Shown: positions 37,526 to 48,093, counted from the stretch's first letter. The stretch: DNA of 64,000 nucleotides from an uncultured beta proteobacterium (GCA_963699525.1 CAVOUI010000014.1:26938-90937); one strand, 5' to 3'. Translations and numbers: made by a program. Notes: generated by a model not told the origin, from the sequence alone.

Positions 37526-38730
37526 TGAGAAATCCACAGGTGATCGTCGCAGGCGCGGGCCCGGTGGGGCTCCTGACGGCGCTCGCGCTCGCGAAACAGG
37601 ACGTCTCCGTCCTGGTGCTCGAGGCTGAGCCCGGCCTGACCGTGGATTTGCGCGCGGGCACCTACCATCCGCCGTCGCTCGAGATGATGGCGCCCTACGG
37701 CATCACCGCCGACATGATGAAGACCGCGATCCAGGTGCCGCGCTGGCAGATCCGCGACCGGAAAGAGGGCGTCATCGTCGATTGGGACATGTCGCTCATC
37801 CAGGACCTGACTCCGTACCCCTACCGGCTGCACCTCGAGCAGCATCGATTGACGCCGATCATCCACGCGAAGCTCCGGGAATGCCCCAACGCCGAGGTGC
37901 GGTTTTCGCACGAGGTGACCGATTTCACGCAGACGGCCGACCAGGTCACGGTGACGGCGAGGACACCGGGAGGCACCGAGCGCTTCGAGGCCGCGTGGCT
38001 GGTCGGAGCGGATGGCGGCCGCAGCACGGTGCGCAGGGTCATGGGGGTGGGATTCGAGGGCTATACCTGGCCCGAGCGCTTCCTGGTCGCGAGCACTCAT
38101 TACGATTACGAGCCGCACGGCTTCCGGTTGAACACCTACGTCGCGGACCCGGTGGACTGGAGCGCCATGTTCAAGATGCCCGGTGACGGACCACCGGGAT
38201 TGTGGCGCGTGCTGTTTCCGGTCCGGCCGGAAGAGGACGAGGAGGCGGCGCTCTCGGAGGAGAACGTCGAGCGGCTGATGCAGGGCTTCCAGCCCAAGCC
38301 GGGGCGCTACGCCATCGAGTACAAGAGCATCTACAAGGTTCACCAGCGCGTTGCCAGCGATTTTCGCGTGGGCCGCGCGCTGCTTGCGGGCGACGCGGCG
38401 CACCTCAACAACCCGATCGGCGCCTTCGGGCTGAACGGCGGCATCCACGACGCGATCAACCTCGCCGGCAAGCTCGGAAGGGTGTGCCGCGGCGAGGGCG
38501 ACGACCGGCTGCTCGACCTCTACGTGCGCCAGCGCCGCACGGTGAACCTGGAATACGTGCAGGAGTTCTCGATCAAGAACCTGAAGCGCCTCACGGCCAG
38601 GACCGAGGAGGAGCGCCGCAGGAACTTCGACGAGCTGCGGCAGGCGGCCTCGACGCGGGAAGGCGCGCGCAATTTTCTGCTGGTCTCCAGCATGATCGCG
38701 AGCGTGCGGCGGGCCGACTCCATTGCCTGA
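37525..38730 (+). CDS. FAD-dependent monooxygenase (aromatic hydroxylase family)
   Basis: GAGPVGL, LVGADGGRSTVR, LLAGDAAHLNNP.G..GLNGGIHDA fingerprints. Confidence 0.92.
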   Translation: MRNPQVIVAGAGPVGLLTALALAKQDVSVLVLEAEPGLTVDLRAGTYHPPSLEMMAPYGITADMMKTAIQVPRWQIRDRKEGVIVDWDMSLIQDLTPYPYRLHLEQHRLTPIIHAKLRECPNAEVRFSHEVTDFTQTADQVTVTARTPGGTERFEAAWLVGADGGRSTVRRVMGVGFEGYTWPERFLVASTHYDYEPHGFRLNTYVADPVDWSAMFKMPGDGPPGLWRVLFPVRPEEDEEAALSEENVERLMQGFQPKPGRYAIEYKSIYKVHQRVASDFRVGRALLAGDAAHLNNPIGAFGLNGGIHDAINLAGKLGRVCRGEGDDRLLDLYVRQRRTVNLEYVQEFSIKNLKRLTARTEEERRRNFDELRQAASTREGARNFLLVSSMIASVRRADSIA

Positions 38731-38762
38731 ATTGCCATAGAATATCGACGCCAGGAGGAGAC

Positions 38763-39878
38763 ATGATGGCGAATGCCACCCCGCGCCCGCCGTTCCGCGC
38801 CGACCACGTCGGCAGCCTCCTGCGCCCGCCCGAGCTGAGGGAAGCACGCCTGCGCGCCCGGCGGGGGGAGATGACTCCCGATGAGCTGCGCAAGGTCGAG
38901 GACAAGTGCATCCGGGAGGTCGTCGCATTCCAGGAATCGGTGGGGCTGCAAAGCATCACCGACGGGGAATTCCGGCGCGACTGGTGGCACATCGACTTCC
39001 TGCGCGGCTTCGACGGTGTGCAGACGATCGAGGGCCGCACTTTTGGCGTGCATTTCAAGGACTCCGACGAGCAGCCGCCGCTGATGAAGGTGCAGGGCAG
39101 GGTCCGGCGCACCCGCCCGAGCATGGTGGATCATTTCAAGTTCCTGAAGTCCGTGACGCGCCGCACCCCGAAGTTCTGCATGCCCTCGCCGGCGATGCTC
39201 CACGCGCGCGGCGACCGCGAGTCGCTGCGCATGACCTATCCCGACGTCAACCAGTTCTGGGCGGACCTGACGCAGGCCTACCGCGAGGAAATCCGCGACC
39301 TCTATCAGGCCGGCTGCCGCTACCTCCAGATCGACGACACGACCATTGCCATGATGGGCGACCCGAAGGTCCAGGAGACGTTCCGCAAGCTCGGGGACGA
39401 CCCGAGAAAGGACACGGCGATGTATGCCGAGGCGGTGAACGCGGCGGTCCGGGACGTGCCCGACGACATGACGGTCTGCGTCCATACCTGCCGCGGCAAT
39501 TTCATGAGCACCTGGCTCGCGAGCGGCAGCTACGATTTCGTCGCCGAGACCGCGTTCACGCGGCTCGACGTGGACGGGTTCTTCCTCGAGTACGACACCG
39601 ACCGCGCCGGCGGCTTCGAGCCGCTGCGCTACGTGCCCAAGGGGAAAAAGGTCGTGCTCGGGCTCATCAGCTCGAAGTTTCCCGAGCTGGAGAAGAAGGA
39701 CGATCTCAAGCGCCGCATCGAGGCCGCCGCGAAGTTCGTCCCGCTCGAGAATCTGTGCCTTTCCCCGCAGTGCGGGTTCTCCAGCACGCACCACGGCAAC
39801 AAGATCACCGTGGAGGATGAGCGGCGCAAGCTCGCGCTCGCTCTCGAGGTGGCGCGGGAGGTCTGGGGGAGCGCGTAG
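38763..39878 (+). CDS. MetE-like Zn enzyme, catalytic domain only (YxjH/MesD-like)
   Basis: PFRADHVGSLLRP, TDGEFRR, HTCRGN, FLEYD, LSPQCGF. Confidence 0.92.
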   Translation: MMANATPRPPFRADHVGSLLRPPELREARLRARRGEMTPDELRKVEDKCIREVVAFQESVGLQSITDGEFRRDWWHIDFLRGFDGVQTIEGRTFGVHFKDSDEQPPLMKVQGRVRRTRPSMVDHFKFLKSVTRRTPKFCMPSPAMLHARGDRESLRMTYPDVNQFWADLTQAYREEIRDLYQAGCRYLQIDDTTIAMMGDPKVQETFRKLGDDPRKDTAMYAEAVNAAVRDVPDDMTVCVHTCRGNFMSTWLASGSYDFVAETAFTRLDVDGFFLEYDTDRAGGFEPLRYVPKGKKVVLGLISSKFPELEKKDDLKRRIEAAAKFVPLENLCLSPQCGFSSTHHGNKITVEDERRKLALALEVAREVWGSA

Positions 39879-39896
39879 GGCGAAACCGGGGGACGC

Positions 39897-41633
39897 ATGG
39901 ACAAGGCACCGCAGGTCACACTGCACACGACCGCGCACTTCTTTCTCGAGGGCCTGAACGAGATCGGCATCGAGTACCTGTTCTGCAACTTCGGCACCGA
40001 CTACGCGCCGCTGATCGAGGAGATGGCGCGCTGGCGCGCCGAGGGCCGCAAGTTCCCGAAGACGCTGCTGTGCCCGCACGAGAACACCGCCGTGCAGATG
40101 GCCATCGGCTACGCGATGGCGACCGGCCGCGGGCAGGCGGTGATGGTGCACGTGGATGCCGGCACGGCGAACGCGGCGATGGGGCTGCACGATGCCTGCC
40201 GCTCGCGCGTGCCCCTGATCCTCTTCGCGGGCAAGGCGCCCTATACCGTGCGCGGGGAGCTCCCCGGCTCGCGCGACACCTACGTGCATTTCATCCAGGA
40301 GCCGTTCGACCAGGGCGGGATCGTCCGCAACTACGTGAAGTGGGAATGGACCCTGCCTTCGGGCGTCATCACCAAGGAGGTGCTGCGGCGCGCGCACAGC
40401 GTCGCGCACAGCGACCCCCGGGGACCGGTCTACCTGATGCTGCCGCGCGAGACGCTCGCCCAGACCTGGGACGCCGCCGCGGTGCGCTCGTTTCCGGAGG
40501 CGCGCTATGGAACGGCCGGTGCCGGCGCGGCGCCGGCGGAAGCAGTCGCCGCGATCGCGGAACGCCTGCTCACCGCCCGGCACCCGATCCTCATTACCTC
40601 GTACGCGGGCCGCAACCCCCGGGCGCCGGGACTCATCGAGGAGCTGGCGCGGGCGGCCGGCATCCGCGTCTTCGAGTTCAATCCCCTGCATCTGAACATC
40701 GCGCGCACCTCGCCGTGCTACTGCGGCCAGGCGCCGGGCCGGCACGTGGCGGAGGCCGACGCCGGGCTGCTGGTGGATGTCGACGTGCCGTGGATCCCGA
40801 GCGATACCCGCGAGAACCCGCAGTCCTGGTGGGCGCACATCGACGTCGATCCGGTCAAGGAGCGCTCCCCGATCTGGGGCTTTCCGTCGAATCTGCGCCT
40901 TCCCGGCGACAGCACGATCGTCCTCGCGCAGGTGATCCAGGCGCTCAACGCGAAAGCGACGCCGGCATTTCGCGAGGCCGCCGCCCGTCGCCTCGAGGCA
41001 ATCACCCGCGAGCATAACGAGCGCCGCGCGGAGACCGCGAAGCTCGCGGCGAACAAGGGCGAGCGCGGCGCGGTCAACGCACATTATCTCTGCGCGGAGA
41101 TTGCGAAGGCGATCGGCGAGGACGATATCCTCGTGAACGAATCGATCCGCAACGCGGCGCTGGTCTACCGGCAGATCCCGCGCACCCGGCCGGGCACGGC
41201 GCTCGGCTGCTCCGGCGGCGCGCTCGGCTATTCGAACGGCATGGCGCTCGGCGCCAGGCTCGCCCGGCCCGAGGCGACCGTGGTGCAGGTGGTAGGCGAC
41301 GGCAGCTTCTACTTCGGGAACCCGTCCTCGGCCTACGCCGTTTCCCGGCAGTATGGCCTGCCGATTTTCACCGTCGTGCTCGATAACTCGGGCTGGTCGG
41401 CGGTGAAGGAGTCGACGCTGCGGATGTATCCGGAAGGCGCGGCCAAGACGGTCGACGAATTCGGCGCGCGGCTTGCGCCCAACCCCGACTTCGGGAAGAT
41501 CTGCGAGGCGGCGGGCGGCTACGGCGAGATGCTGGTCGATCCCTCGGCCGTTCCGGAGGCGATCCAGCGCTGTCTGGCACAGGTGCGCGCCGGGCGGCCC
41601 GCGCTGCTGCATGCGAAGATCCCGGTGCTCTGA
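39897..41633 (+). CDS. Thiamine-diphosphate-dependent enzyme (acetolactate synthase-like family)
   Basis: CPHE conserved Glu, GPVYLMLPRE, ThDP motif GDGS...DNSGW. Confidence 0.9.
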   Translation: MDKAPQVTLHTTAHFFLEGLNEIGIEYLFCNFGTDYAPLIEEMARWRAEGRKFPKTLLCPHENTAVQMAIGYAMATGRGQAVMVHVDAGTANAAMGLHDACRSRVPLILFAGKAPYTVRGELPGSRDTYVHFIQEPFDQGGIVRNYVKWEWTLPSGVITKEVLRRAHSVAHSDPRGPVYLMLPRETLAQTWDAAAVRSFPEARYGTAGAGAAPAEAVAAIAERLLTARHPILITSYAGRNPRAPGLIEELARAAGIRVFEFNPLHLNIARTSPCYCGQAPGRHVAEADAGLLVDVDVPWIPSDTRENPQSWWAHIDVDPVKERSPIWGFPSNLRLPGDSTIVLAQVIQALNAKATPAFREAAARRLEAITREHNERRAETAKLAANKGERGAVNAHYLCAEIAKAIGEDDILVNESIRNAALVYRQIPRTRPGTALGCSGGALGYSNGMALGARLARPEATVVQVVGDGSFYFGNPSSAYAVSRQYGLPIFTVVLDNSGWSAVKESTLRMYPEGAAKTVDEFGARLAPNPDFGKICEAAGGYGEMLVDPSAVPEAIQRCLAQVRAGRPALLHAKIPVL

Positions 41634-41845
41634 GCGGGTGGGGATGAGAGCATAATTTCACGCCGGGGAGCCGACTGGACTTTTTTCGCAGGAGGATCCG
41701 ACTACGGGACGCAAAAGCCGGGCCGCAATGACGCTTGACGCCATCCGCCGTGCGATGCCGTGACGCAGTGCCGTAGGGATTCTTACAGAGGAATGTTAGC
41801 GTTGCACGTCGTAGGAAAACTCAAATGATGGGAGACAGGGGAATC

Positions 41846-41998
41846 GTGATCGAGTACGTTCGTTCCTGCACGGCCGGCGCGCTGGGGGTGTCCGATTGCG
41901 GGCCGGTCTGGCAGCTGGGCATCATCGCCGCATTTCTCGTCGCCGCGATCGTCACGCTCGTCGTTCTCAGGCTGCGCGCCGCCGCACGGGCGCGCTAG
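41846..41998 (+). CDS. Small single-pass membrane protein (50 aa; not in the ORF track)
   Basis: MIEYVRSCTAGALGVSDCGPVWQLGIIAAFLVAAIVTLVVLRLRAAARAR; purine-rich RBS, hydrophobic helix then basic tail. Confidence 0.6.
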   Translation: MIEYVRSCTAGALGVSDCGPVWQLGIIAAFLVAAIVTLVVLRLRAAARAR

Positions 41999-42067
41999 CG
42001 CCGTTTCCGCTCACCCGCTGCGCAATGCTATATTCGCATTGCGACGCGCCCGCGCGCCGCAACGCCG

Positions 42068-42844
42068 ATGACGACATTTAAGATCCTGCAGCTCAACATG
42101 CAGTACGGCCAGACGTGGGATGACGCCGATCCCGATCACGCCCCCGTCAATCTCGACCTCACGCTGGACGAGATCCGCAGCCACGGCGCCGACATCGTCC
42201 TGCTGCAGGAAGTCGAGCTGGCACAGCCCGGGGGCGTGCAGGCGAATCCGCCGCCGAACTACACGCGGCTGCGAGCCGGGCTGAACGGCTATGACGGGTA
42301 TTTTGCCTACCCGCGCGCGGACCCGCGGGAGCTGCCGTTCGGGATCGGGCTCGCGATTTTCTCGAAGACGCCGCTGCGCGACGTGCTGCGCCGCGATCTT
42401 CCTTCGCCGCCGGTGGAATTCGAGTATGCGGGCAAGAAGCACACTCCGACCGACCGCCTGCTGCTCGGCGCGACCACCACGGTAGCGGGGCGCGAGCTGC
42501 GTGTGTTCAATACGCATCTGCTCGCGCTGTTCATGCTCAATACCGACTCGACGGAATTCTCGCGGCAGCCGCGGCTCGTCGTCGAAGCGGCGCGCGCGTC
42601 GGCCGGGCCCACCGTGGTGGCGGGCGATTTCAACGTCGTCATTCACGAGGCGCTCGTCCGGCAGTTCGCCGCGGCCGGCTACCAGACGGTGCAGGCGAGC
42701 CAGCCGACCTGGCGCCGCCAGCCGTACGTGCTCGACCACATCTTCTACAGCCACCACCTGCGGCTCGTCGGCCACACGGTCAAGCCGACACGCGCTTCCG
42801 ACCACCACGTGCTCGCCGCCGAGTTCGAGTTCACCGATTCGTGA
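42068..42844 (+). CDS. Endonuclease/exonuclease/phosphatase family protein
   Basis: LQLN, DIVLLQEV, NTHL, AGDFN, LDHIF, SDHH motifs. Confidence 0.92.
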   Translation: MTTFKILQLNMQYGQTWDDADPDHAPVNLDLTLDEIRSHGADIVLLQEVELAQPGGVQANPPPNYTRLRAGLNGYDGYFAYPRADPRELPFGIGLAIFSKTPLRDVLRRDLPSPPVEFEYAGKKHTPTDRLLLGATTTVAGRELRVFNTHLLALFMLNTDSTEFSRQPRLVVEAARASAGPTVVAGDFNVVIHEALVRQFAAAGYQTVQASQPTWRRQPYVLDHIFYSHHLRLVGHTVKPTRASDHHVLAAEFEFTDS

Positions 42845-42895
42845 CGCCTGGGGCATACTATTGCCCCGGAAGCAGGAACCCCGAAGAGACCTCGC

Positions 42896-43738
42896 GTGGC
42901 GACCATCATCGGCGGCATCGGCACTTCCCACGTGCCCACGATCGCGATGGCGTACGACCGCGGCAAGCGCAGCGACCCCGACTGGGCGCCGCTGTTCAAG
43001 GGCTACGAGCCGGTCGCGCGCTGGTTGACGGAGCGCCGCCCCGACGTCCTGGTATTCTTCTACAACGACCACGCGACGACGTTCTTCTTCGACCACTATC
43101 CGACGTTCGCGCTGGGCGTGAGCGCGGAATACCCGATCGCGGACGAAGGCCTCGGCCCGCGCCCGGTGCCACCCTTGAAGGGCCACCCGGCGCTCGCCCG
43201 GCACATGGTGGAAGTGCTGGTGAACGAGGAGTTCGACATCTCCGTGTTCCAGGATCTGCCGATCGACCACGGCTGCCATTCGCCGCTCACGATGTTCTGG
43301 CCACCGGCGCCCGACTGGCCCGGGCGCATCGTCCCGGTCGAGATCAACGTGCTGCAGCATCCCCTGCCGACGCCGCTGCGGTGCTACAAGCTCGGCCAGG
43401 CGGTGCGGCGCGCCGTGCTCTCGTACCCGGAGGACCTGAAAGTGGTCGTGGTCGGCACCGGCGGGCTTTCTCACCAGCTGAACGGGGAGCGGGCCGGCTT
43501 CAACAACGAGCAGTGGGACCGGGAGTTCCTCGACCTCATCGATCGCGACCCCGGCCGGCTGACGAAGATGACCCACGCGGACTACATCCGGCTCGGCGGC
43601 ACGGAAGGGGCGGAGGAGGTGATGTGGCTCGCGATGCGCGGGGCGCTCTCTGACCGCGCGAAGAAGATCCACCAGAACTACTACTTGCCGATGACGGCGA
43701 CGATGGCGGTGGCGCTGTTCGAAGAGCCGGCAAACTGA
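42896..43738 (+). CDS. ligB: Class III extradiol dioxygenase catalytic (LigB-type) subunit, gallate-dioxygenase-like
   Basis: IIGG.GTSHVP, YNDH...FFFDHYP.F, DHG, GTGGLSHQL.GERAG, GGTEGAE. Confidence 0.88.
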   Translation: MATIIGGIGTSHVPTIAMAYDRGKRSDPDWAPLFKGYEPVARWLTERRPDVLVFFYNDHATTFFFDHYPTFALGVSAEYPIADEGLGPRPVPPLKGHPALARHMVEVLVNEEFDISVFQDLPIDHGCHSPLTMFWPPAPDWPGRIVPVEINVLQHPLPTPLRCYKLGQAVRRAVLSYPEDLKVVVVGTGGLSHQLNGERAGFNNEQWDREFLDLIDRDPGRLTKMTHADYIRLGGTEGAEEVMWLAMRGALSDRAKKIHQNYYLPMTATMAVALFEEPAN

Positions 43739-43755
43739 GGGATGAGGGCGGAGGG

Positions 43756-44718
43756 ATGAGGAAGACGAGTTACGAATTTGTCGCGGCAGTGGCCATCGCC
43801 CTGATCTTTGGCGCGGCCGATGCGCAGACCTATCCTGCGCGCCCGATCCGGCTGCTCGTGCCGAACCCGCCGGGCGGCGCGACCGACAACCTTGCGCGCG
43901 TGGTCGCACCGAAGCTCGGCGAGCTGTTCGGCCAGACCGTCGTGGTGGACAACCGGCCCGGTTCGAACGGCAACCTCGCGACCGAAGCCACCGTCCGGGC
44001 GACACCCGACGGCCACACGCTGCTGCTGGGCCAGGACAGCCAGATCGTCATCAGCCCGCACCTCTATCGCAATCTGCCGTTCGACACCTTGAAGGACCTG
44101 ACACCGGTCGCGAGCCTCGTGTCCACGCAGATGCTGCTGGCGGTGCAGCCCTCGCTGCCGGTGAAGAACCCGCGGGAATTCGTGGAATACGCGCGCCGCG
44201 CCAACCCGCCGCTCGCCTACGGCTCCATCGGCAACGGCAGCCAGCACCATCTCGCCATGGAAATGCTGAAAGCGCACACCGGGATCAATCTGCTGCACGT
44301 TCCCTACAAGGGCGGCGGCCCCGCCATGGTCGCCTTCCTCGGCGGCGAGGTGGCCGCCATGTTCGGCGGCAGCTCCGCAGCGCCGCATGTCCGCTCCGGG
44401 AAGCTGCGCGCGCTCGCCCTCGCGGGCAAGCGCAACCCGGCGTATCCGGACCTGCCGGCGCTCTCCGAGTTCTACCCCGGTGTCGAGCTCACCCCCTGGC
44501 TCGGGCTGTTCGCGCCGTCCGGCCTGCCGGCCCCCGTGCTGAAACGGGTGCGCGAGGAAACGGCACGGATGCTGGCGGACCCCGCGACGCGCGAGCGCAT
44601 TCAAGGCATATCGCTCGACCCCTTCGTCACCACGCCGCAGGAATTCGCCGCCTTCGTCCGCGCCGAGTACAAGAAATACGGAGAGTTGGTGAAGGTCGCC
44701 CGCGTGACGATCGACTGA
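43756..44718 (+). CDS. Bug/TctC substrate-binding protein
   Basis: YPARPIRLLVPNPPGGATD, DNRPG.NG, PDGHTLL, HVPYKGGG. Confidence 0.93.
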   Translation: MRKTSYEFVAAVAIALIFGAADAQTYPARPIRLLVPNPPGGATDNLARVVAPKLGELFGQTVVVDNRPGSNGNLATEATVRATPDGHTLLLGQDSQIVISPHLYRNLPFDTLKDLTPVASLVSTQMLLAVQPSLPVKNPREFVEYARRANPPLAYGSIGNGSQHHLAMEMLKAHTGINLLHVPYKGGGPAMVAFLGGEVAAMFGGSSAAPHVRSGKLRALALAGKRNPAYPDLPALSEFYPGVELTPWLGLFAPSGLPAPVLKRVREETARMLADPATRERIQGISLDPFVTTPQEFAAFVRAEYKKYGELVKVARVTID

Positions 44719-44745
44719 CTCCGGAGGGATGAGGGAAGTGCTGAC

Positions 44746-45105
44746 GTGAACCCACAGCTCAAGGGCATCGAGTCGCTGCCCGGCACCTACGTCTTCGACC
44801 TGAAGCGCAGCGCGCGGGGCCTGCGGCTCAACCGCTTTCTGCACGGGTTGACGCAACCGGAGAAGCGCACGCTGTTCAAGGAGAACCCGGAAGCGGCGTT
44901 CGGGAAGGCCGGTCTCGACGCCGAGGAGCGCCGCATGGTGCGCGAGCTCGACTGGGCGGCGATGATCCGCTACGGCGCGAGCTTTTTCTGCCTCGAGAAG
45001 CTCGCGCGCGTGAGGGGCGTCTCCAATCCCGAGATGGTGGCCGCGTTCCGGGGCGAAACCCTCGAAGAGTTCCTTAAGACCCGCAATGTTCCCGGGGCCA
45101 GGTGA
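44746..45105 (+). CDS. ligA: LigA-type subunit resembling the C-terminal domain of gallate dioxygenase
   Basis: PGTYVFD..RS..GLRLNRFL..L...DW..MIRYGA.FF.LEKL...RGE.LEEFLKTRN. Confidence 0.82.
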   Translation: MNPQLKGIESLPGTYVFDLKRSARGLRLNRFLHGLTQPEKRTLFKENPEAAFGKAGLDAEERRMVRELDWAAMIRYGASFFCLEKLARVRGVSNPEMVAAFRGETLEEFLKTRNVPGAR

Positions 45106-45477
45106 CCCAAGGCCCCGCTAGCAGCGCTTGAAGGAGCGCGCGCAGCCGCTCTGGCACCACGAAAGTGCCTTGATCGTGCAGCAGCTCCGCGATGCGTTTC
45201 AGGCCGGTTTCCGGCGTTGCCTAACTTGTGGCACGGAAGAAACGCCTTGGAGTTGCCAGGGTGCGGAAAAGACCTTGCCGCACTCAGACAGTTGGAATAG
45301 ATTGAAGCGGGTATCGACTCAGGCCTGTCCTGCGCAGTCCGAAACGCTTCGCATGCGCGCTCCCGGCGCCTCGGCTCGGCAAACAGGGATCGAGGCTCGA
45401 TTGAATTTCCTAGCTCTTCATGCCGCTGCGTATGGCTTCACTTGCGCATCACGCCGGGCCATGGCGACGTGAAGGAA

Positions 45478-46961
45478 ATGATGGCCGGGCGCGGCGCAGC
45501 AATTGGCGCCGTGCGCTGCCCGCGTTCGGCCTGGCGCTGTGCCTGTCCGGCTGCGCCACCTTTCGCAGCTACGACACCGAGCTGCACAGGGCCCTGGACC
45601 AGGCGTCCGGCGGCAACGTCGACAGCGCCATTGAAATCCTCAATTCCAACAACCGCTTTGCGAACAAGGATCTCCTCTACTACCTCGAGCTCGGCATGTT
45701 GCAGCGGCTTGCGGATCGCTACTCTGAAAGCCAGAAATCGTGGGGATCGGCGAACGAGCGCGTGCAGATGTGGGAGCGCGTTGCGCAAACGGATCCCGCG
45801 AGGCTGCTTCCGGGCGCTGCCAGCTACCTGATCAACGACAAGCTGCGCCCCTATGAGGGCCGTGACTACGAGAAAGTCATGCTCCTCACGTACATCGCGC
45901 TCAATTACCTGGCCATGGGCGATTACGAAAACGCCCGCGTGGCTGTCCGGCAGATGCACGAGCTCGAGGCCGTGATCGCGGAGCTGCGCAGCACGGAGAT
46001 ACTCAAGGTGGAACAAGACGCGCAGAAGCGGGGCGCGAGCACCAGCTTCAAGGAACTGAACGGGTATCCGGTCCAGACCATCGACAATCCCGAGGTGAAC
46101 GCCCTGAGGAACAGCTACCAGAGCGCGCTCTCGCACTATCTCGCCGGCTTCGTCTACGAGGCGCTCGGCGAGCCGAGCCTGGCAGCGCCGGGCTACCGTC
46201 TGGCAAACGAATTGCAGCCGAACCAGCCGCTGCTGGAGGAAGCGCTGCGCGCCCTGGACCAGCGCGTGAGCGCCGACTACGACGGTTTGACCGACGTGCT
46301 GTTCGTGATCGGATCGGGCACGGCTCCCGCCCTGCGGTCGCACGCGTTCCGTCTGCCGGTCGTGGCGAACGACAAGTTCATCCAAATTGCGATGTCGTTC
46401 CCGGTGATGGCAGCGACATCAACGCCGTACCTGCCCGTTCGGCTCACGCTGAATGACGGGCGGTCGCTGGACGTGGCGCGGATAACCAGCATCGACCTGA
46501 TGGCGCGCCGCGGGCTCCGGGACGACATGCCCGGCATCATGCTGCGCGCCACGGTCCGCGCCACCGTCAGGGTCCTGGCGCAGTACGCGACGCAGCAGCA
46601 GGCGCAGAATCAGAACAGCGCCGTCATGGGGATGGTTGCGCTCGCCGTTTTGCTCGGCTCGATGGCGACCGAGTCGGCCGATGAGCGCACCTGGCGCACG
46701 CTCCCATCGGAAATCGCCATCGCCCGCGGGCGCCTCCCGCCCGGCGTGCATACCATCACGCTCCAGACCCCCGACGGCGTCCGCAGCGTGCGACTGAATG
46801 TAACCGGACGCTACGCAGTGGTAGACTTACGCCTATTGGGCAATCAGGTCTTTGTGCAGTCCCCGGAAGCGGCGGTCGGGGGCGGCGGCCGGCAACCGGC
46901 CGATGCCGGCGCCGCGCCGGGGCCGTCAACCGGCGGCCAGCCGGGAACGTTGAAGCAGTAG
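45478..46961 (+). CDS. COG3014-like TPR lipoprotein
   Basis: Lipobox LSGC, DLLYYLELG, ND...PYEG.DYEKVML, ADERTWRTLP; start approximate (possible indel near the 5' end). Confidence 0.8.
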
Positions 46962-46984
46962 CCTCACACCATGGAGACGCCAAG

Positions 46985-47419
46985 ATGAACCGGACATGGA
47001 CGATCGTTGCACTGCTGGCGGCCGCGCTCGCGGCCGGGTGCGCCACCAAGAAGGGCTTTGAAAAGCCCGGCTTCGCCTTCGGTTGTCCGATTGGCGACGC
47101 CAGGGTGAGTTCGATGGAGGACTTGGTCAAGCTCAAGGTCGTGAGCGAAGGAAAGCGCACCACGATCGCGCCGACTGAAATGCGCTGCACGATGACCGGC
47201 GATCTGCTGAAGATCGACACCAATCTCAACAACGACAGCTCCAGGGTCAAGCGCATCGCCTACAAGTTCCGATGGATCGACCGCGAAGGCATGCGCGCGT
47301 GGGAGGAGGAAGCGTGGAAGCCGCTGCTCATGTACGAGAACTCCAATATCACGATCAGCGCCGTGTCGCCCACGAACAAAGCCGTGGACTACCGCCTGAT
47401 CCTCATGAGCCAGGAGTAG
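46985..47419 (+). CDS. ycfL: YcfL/DUF1425-family lipoprotein
   Basis: Lipobox LAAGC; IAYKFRWIDREGM...W..L..N..ISAVSP..KAVDYRL. Confidence 0.75.
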   Translation: MNRTWTIVALLAAALAAGCATKKGFEKPGFAFGCPIGDARVSSMEDLVKLKVVSEGKRTTIAPTEMRCTMTGDLLKIDTNLNNDSSRVKRIAYKFRWIDREGMRAWEEEAWKPLLMYENSNITISAVSPTNKAVDYRLILMSQE

Positions 47420-47495
47420 TTCCCGCCGCAGGCGCCTTCCAGGGAACGATGTCGCTGATGCGCTGCGGGCCCATTTTGTAAAAGGAGAGCATTCC

Positions 47496-48093
47496 ATGAT
47501 CGAATCAAGCCGCGCCCGCCTCCTTGCGCTGTTGCCGCTGCTCGCCGCCGTCGCGCTCGCCGCAGGGTGCGCGACCCCGGATAAGACTCGCTACGGCGAC
47601 GCGAAAGGCATAGAAACCGTCACCAACCAGTTCGGCTCGACCGACCTGCAGATGATCGCCGAGTCCATGACGCGTTCAATGCTGCAGGCCCCGGTGATCA
47701 TCAGCGGCAACCTGCCCATCGTGACGGTGCAGGAAGTCAAGAACAAGACGAGCGAGTACATCGACACGCGCGCCATCACGGACAGCATCCGCGCCGAGTT
47801 GCAGAAGGGCGGCAAGGTCCGCTTTGCGGTGGACGCGGCCGCCATGAAGCAACAGGTCGAGGAGCTGGAGCGCCAGCAGAGCGTGTACTACGACAAGGAG
47901 GAGAGCGGCGGAAAAGGGCAAGTTGGTGGGCGCCCAGTACCGCATGGAGGGCAGCATCACTTCCATCGTCAAGCAGGTGAAGGACGTCAAGGACGTCTAC
48001 TACAAGTTCAACCTGCAGCTGTGGAACATCCGCAATGGGCTGCTCGAGTGGTCCGACGAAAAAGAGATCCGCAAGACCACGACCAAGGGTTGA
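47496..48093 (+). CDS. lpoB: Penicillin-binding protein activator LpoB-like lipoprotein (apparent frameshift near 47910)
   Basis: Lipobox LAAGC, FGSTDLQ, VKNKTSEYIDT; shifted frame gives GAQYRMEGSITSI..VYYKFNLQL...GLLEWSDEKEIRK to TGA 48093. Confidence 0.82.

Noticed and set aside
45128-45472. 114-aa ORF with CxxC, and possible sigma-54 sites (TGGCAC) in the gap
   Set aside because: Atypical codon usage and no recognisable domain; the TGGCAC hits lack a correctly spaced TTGC.
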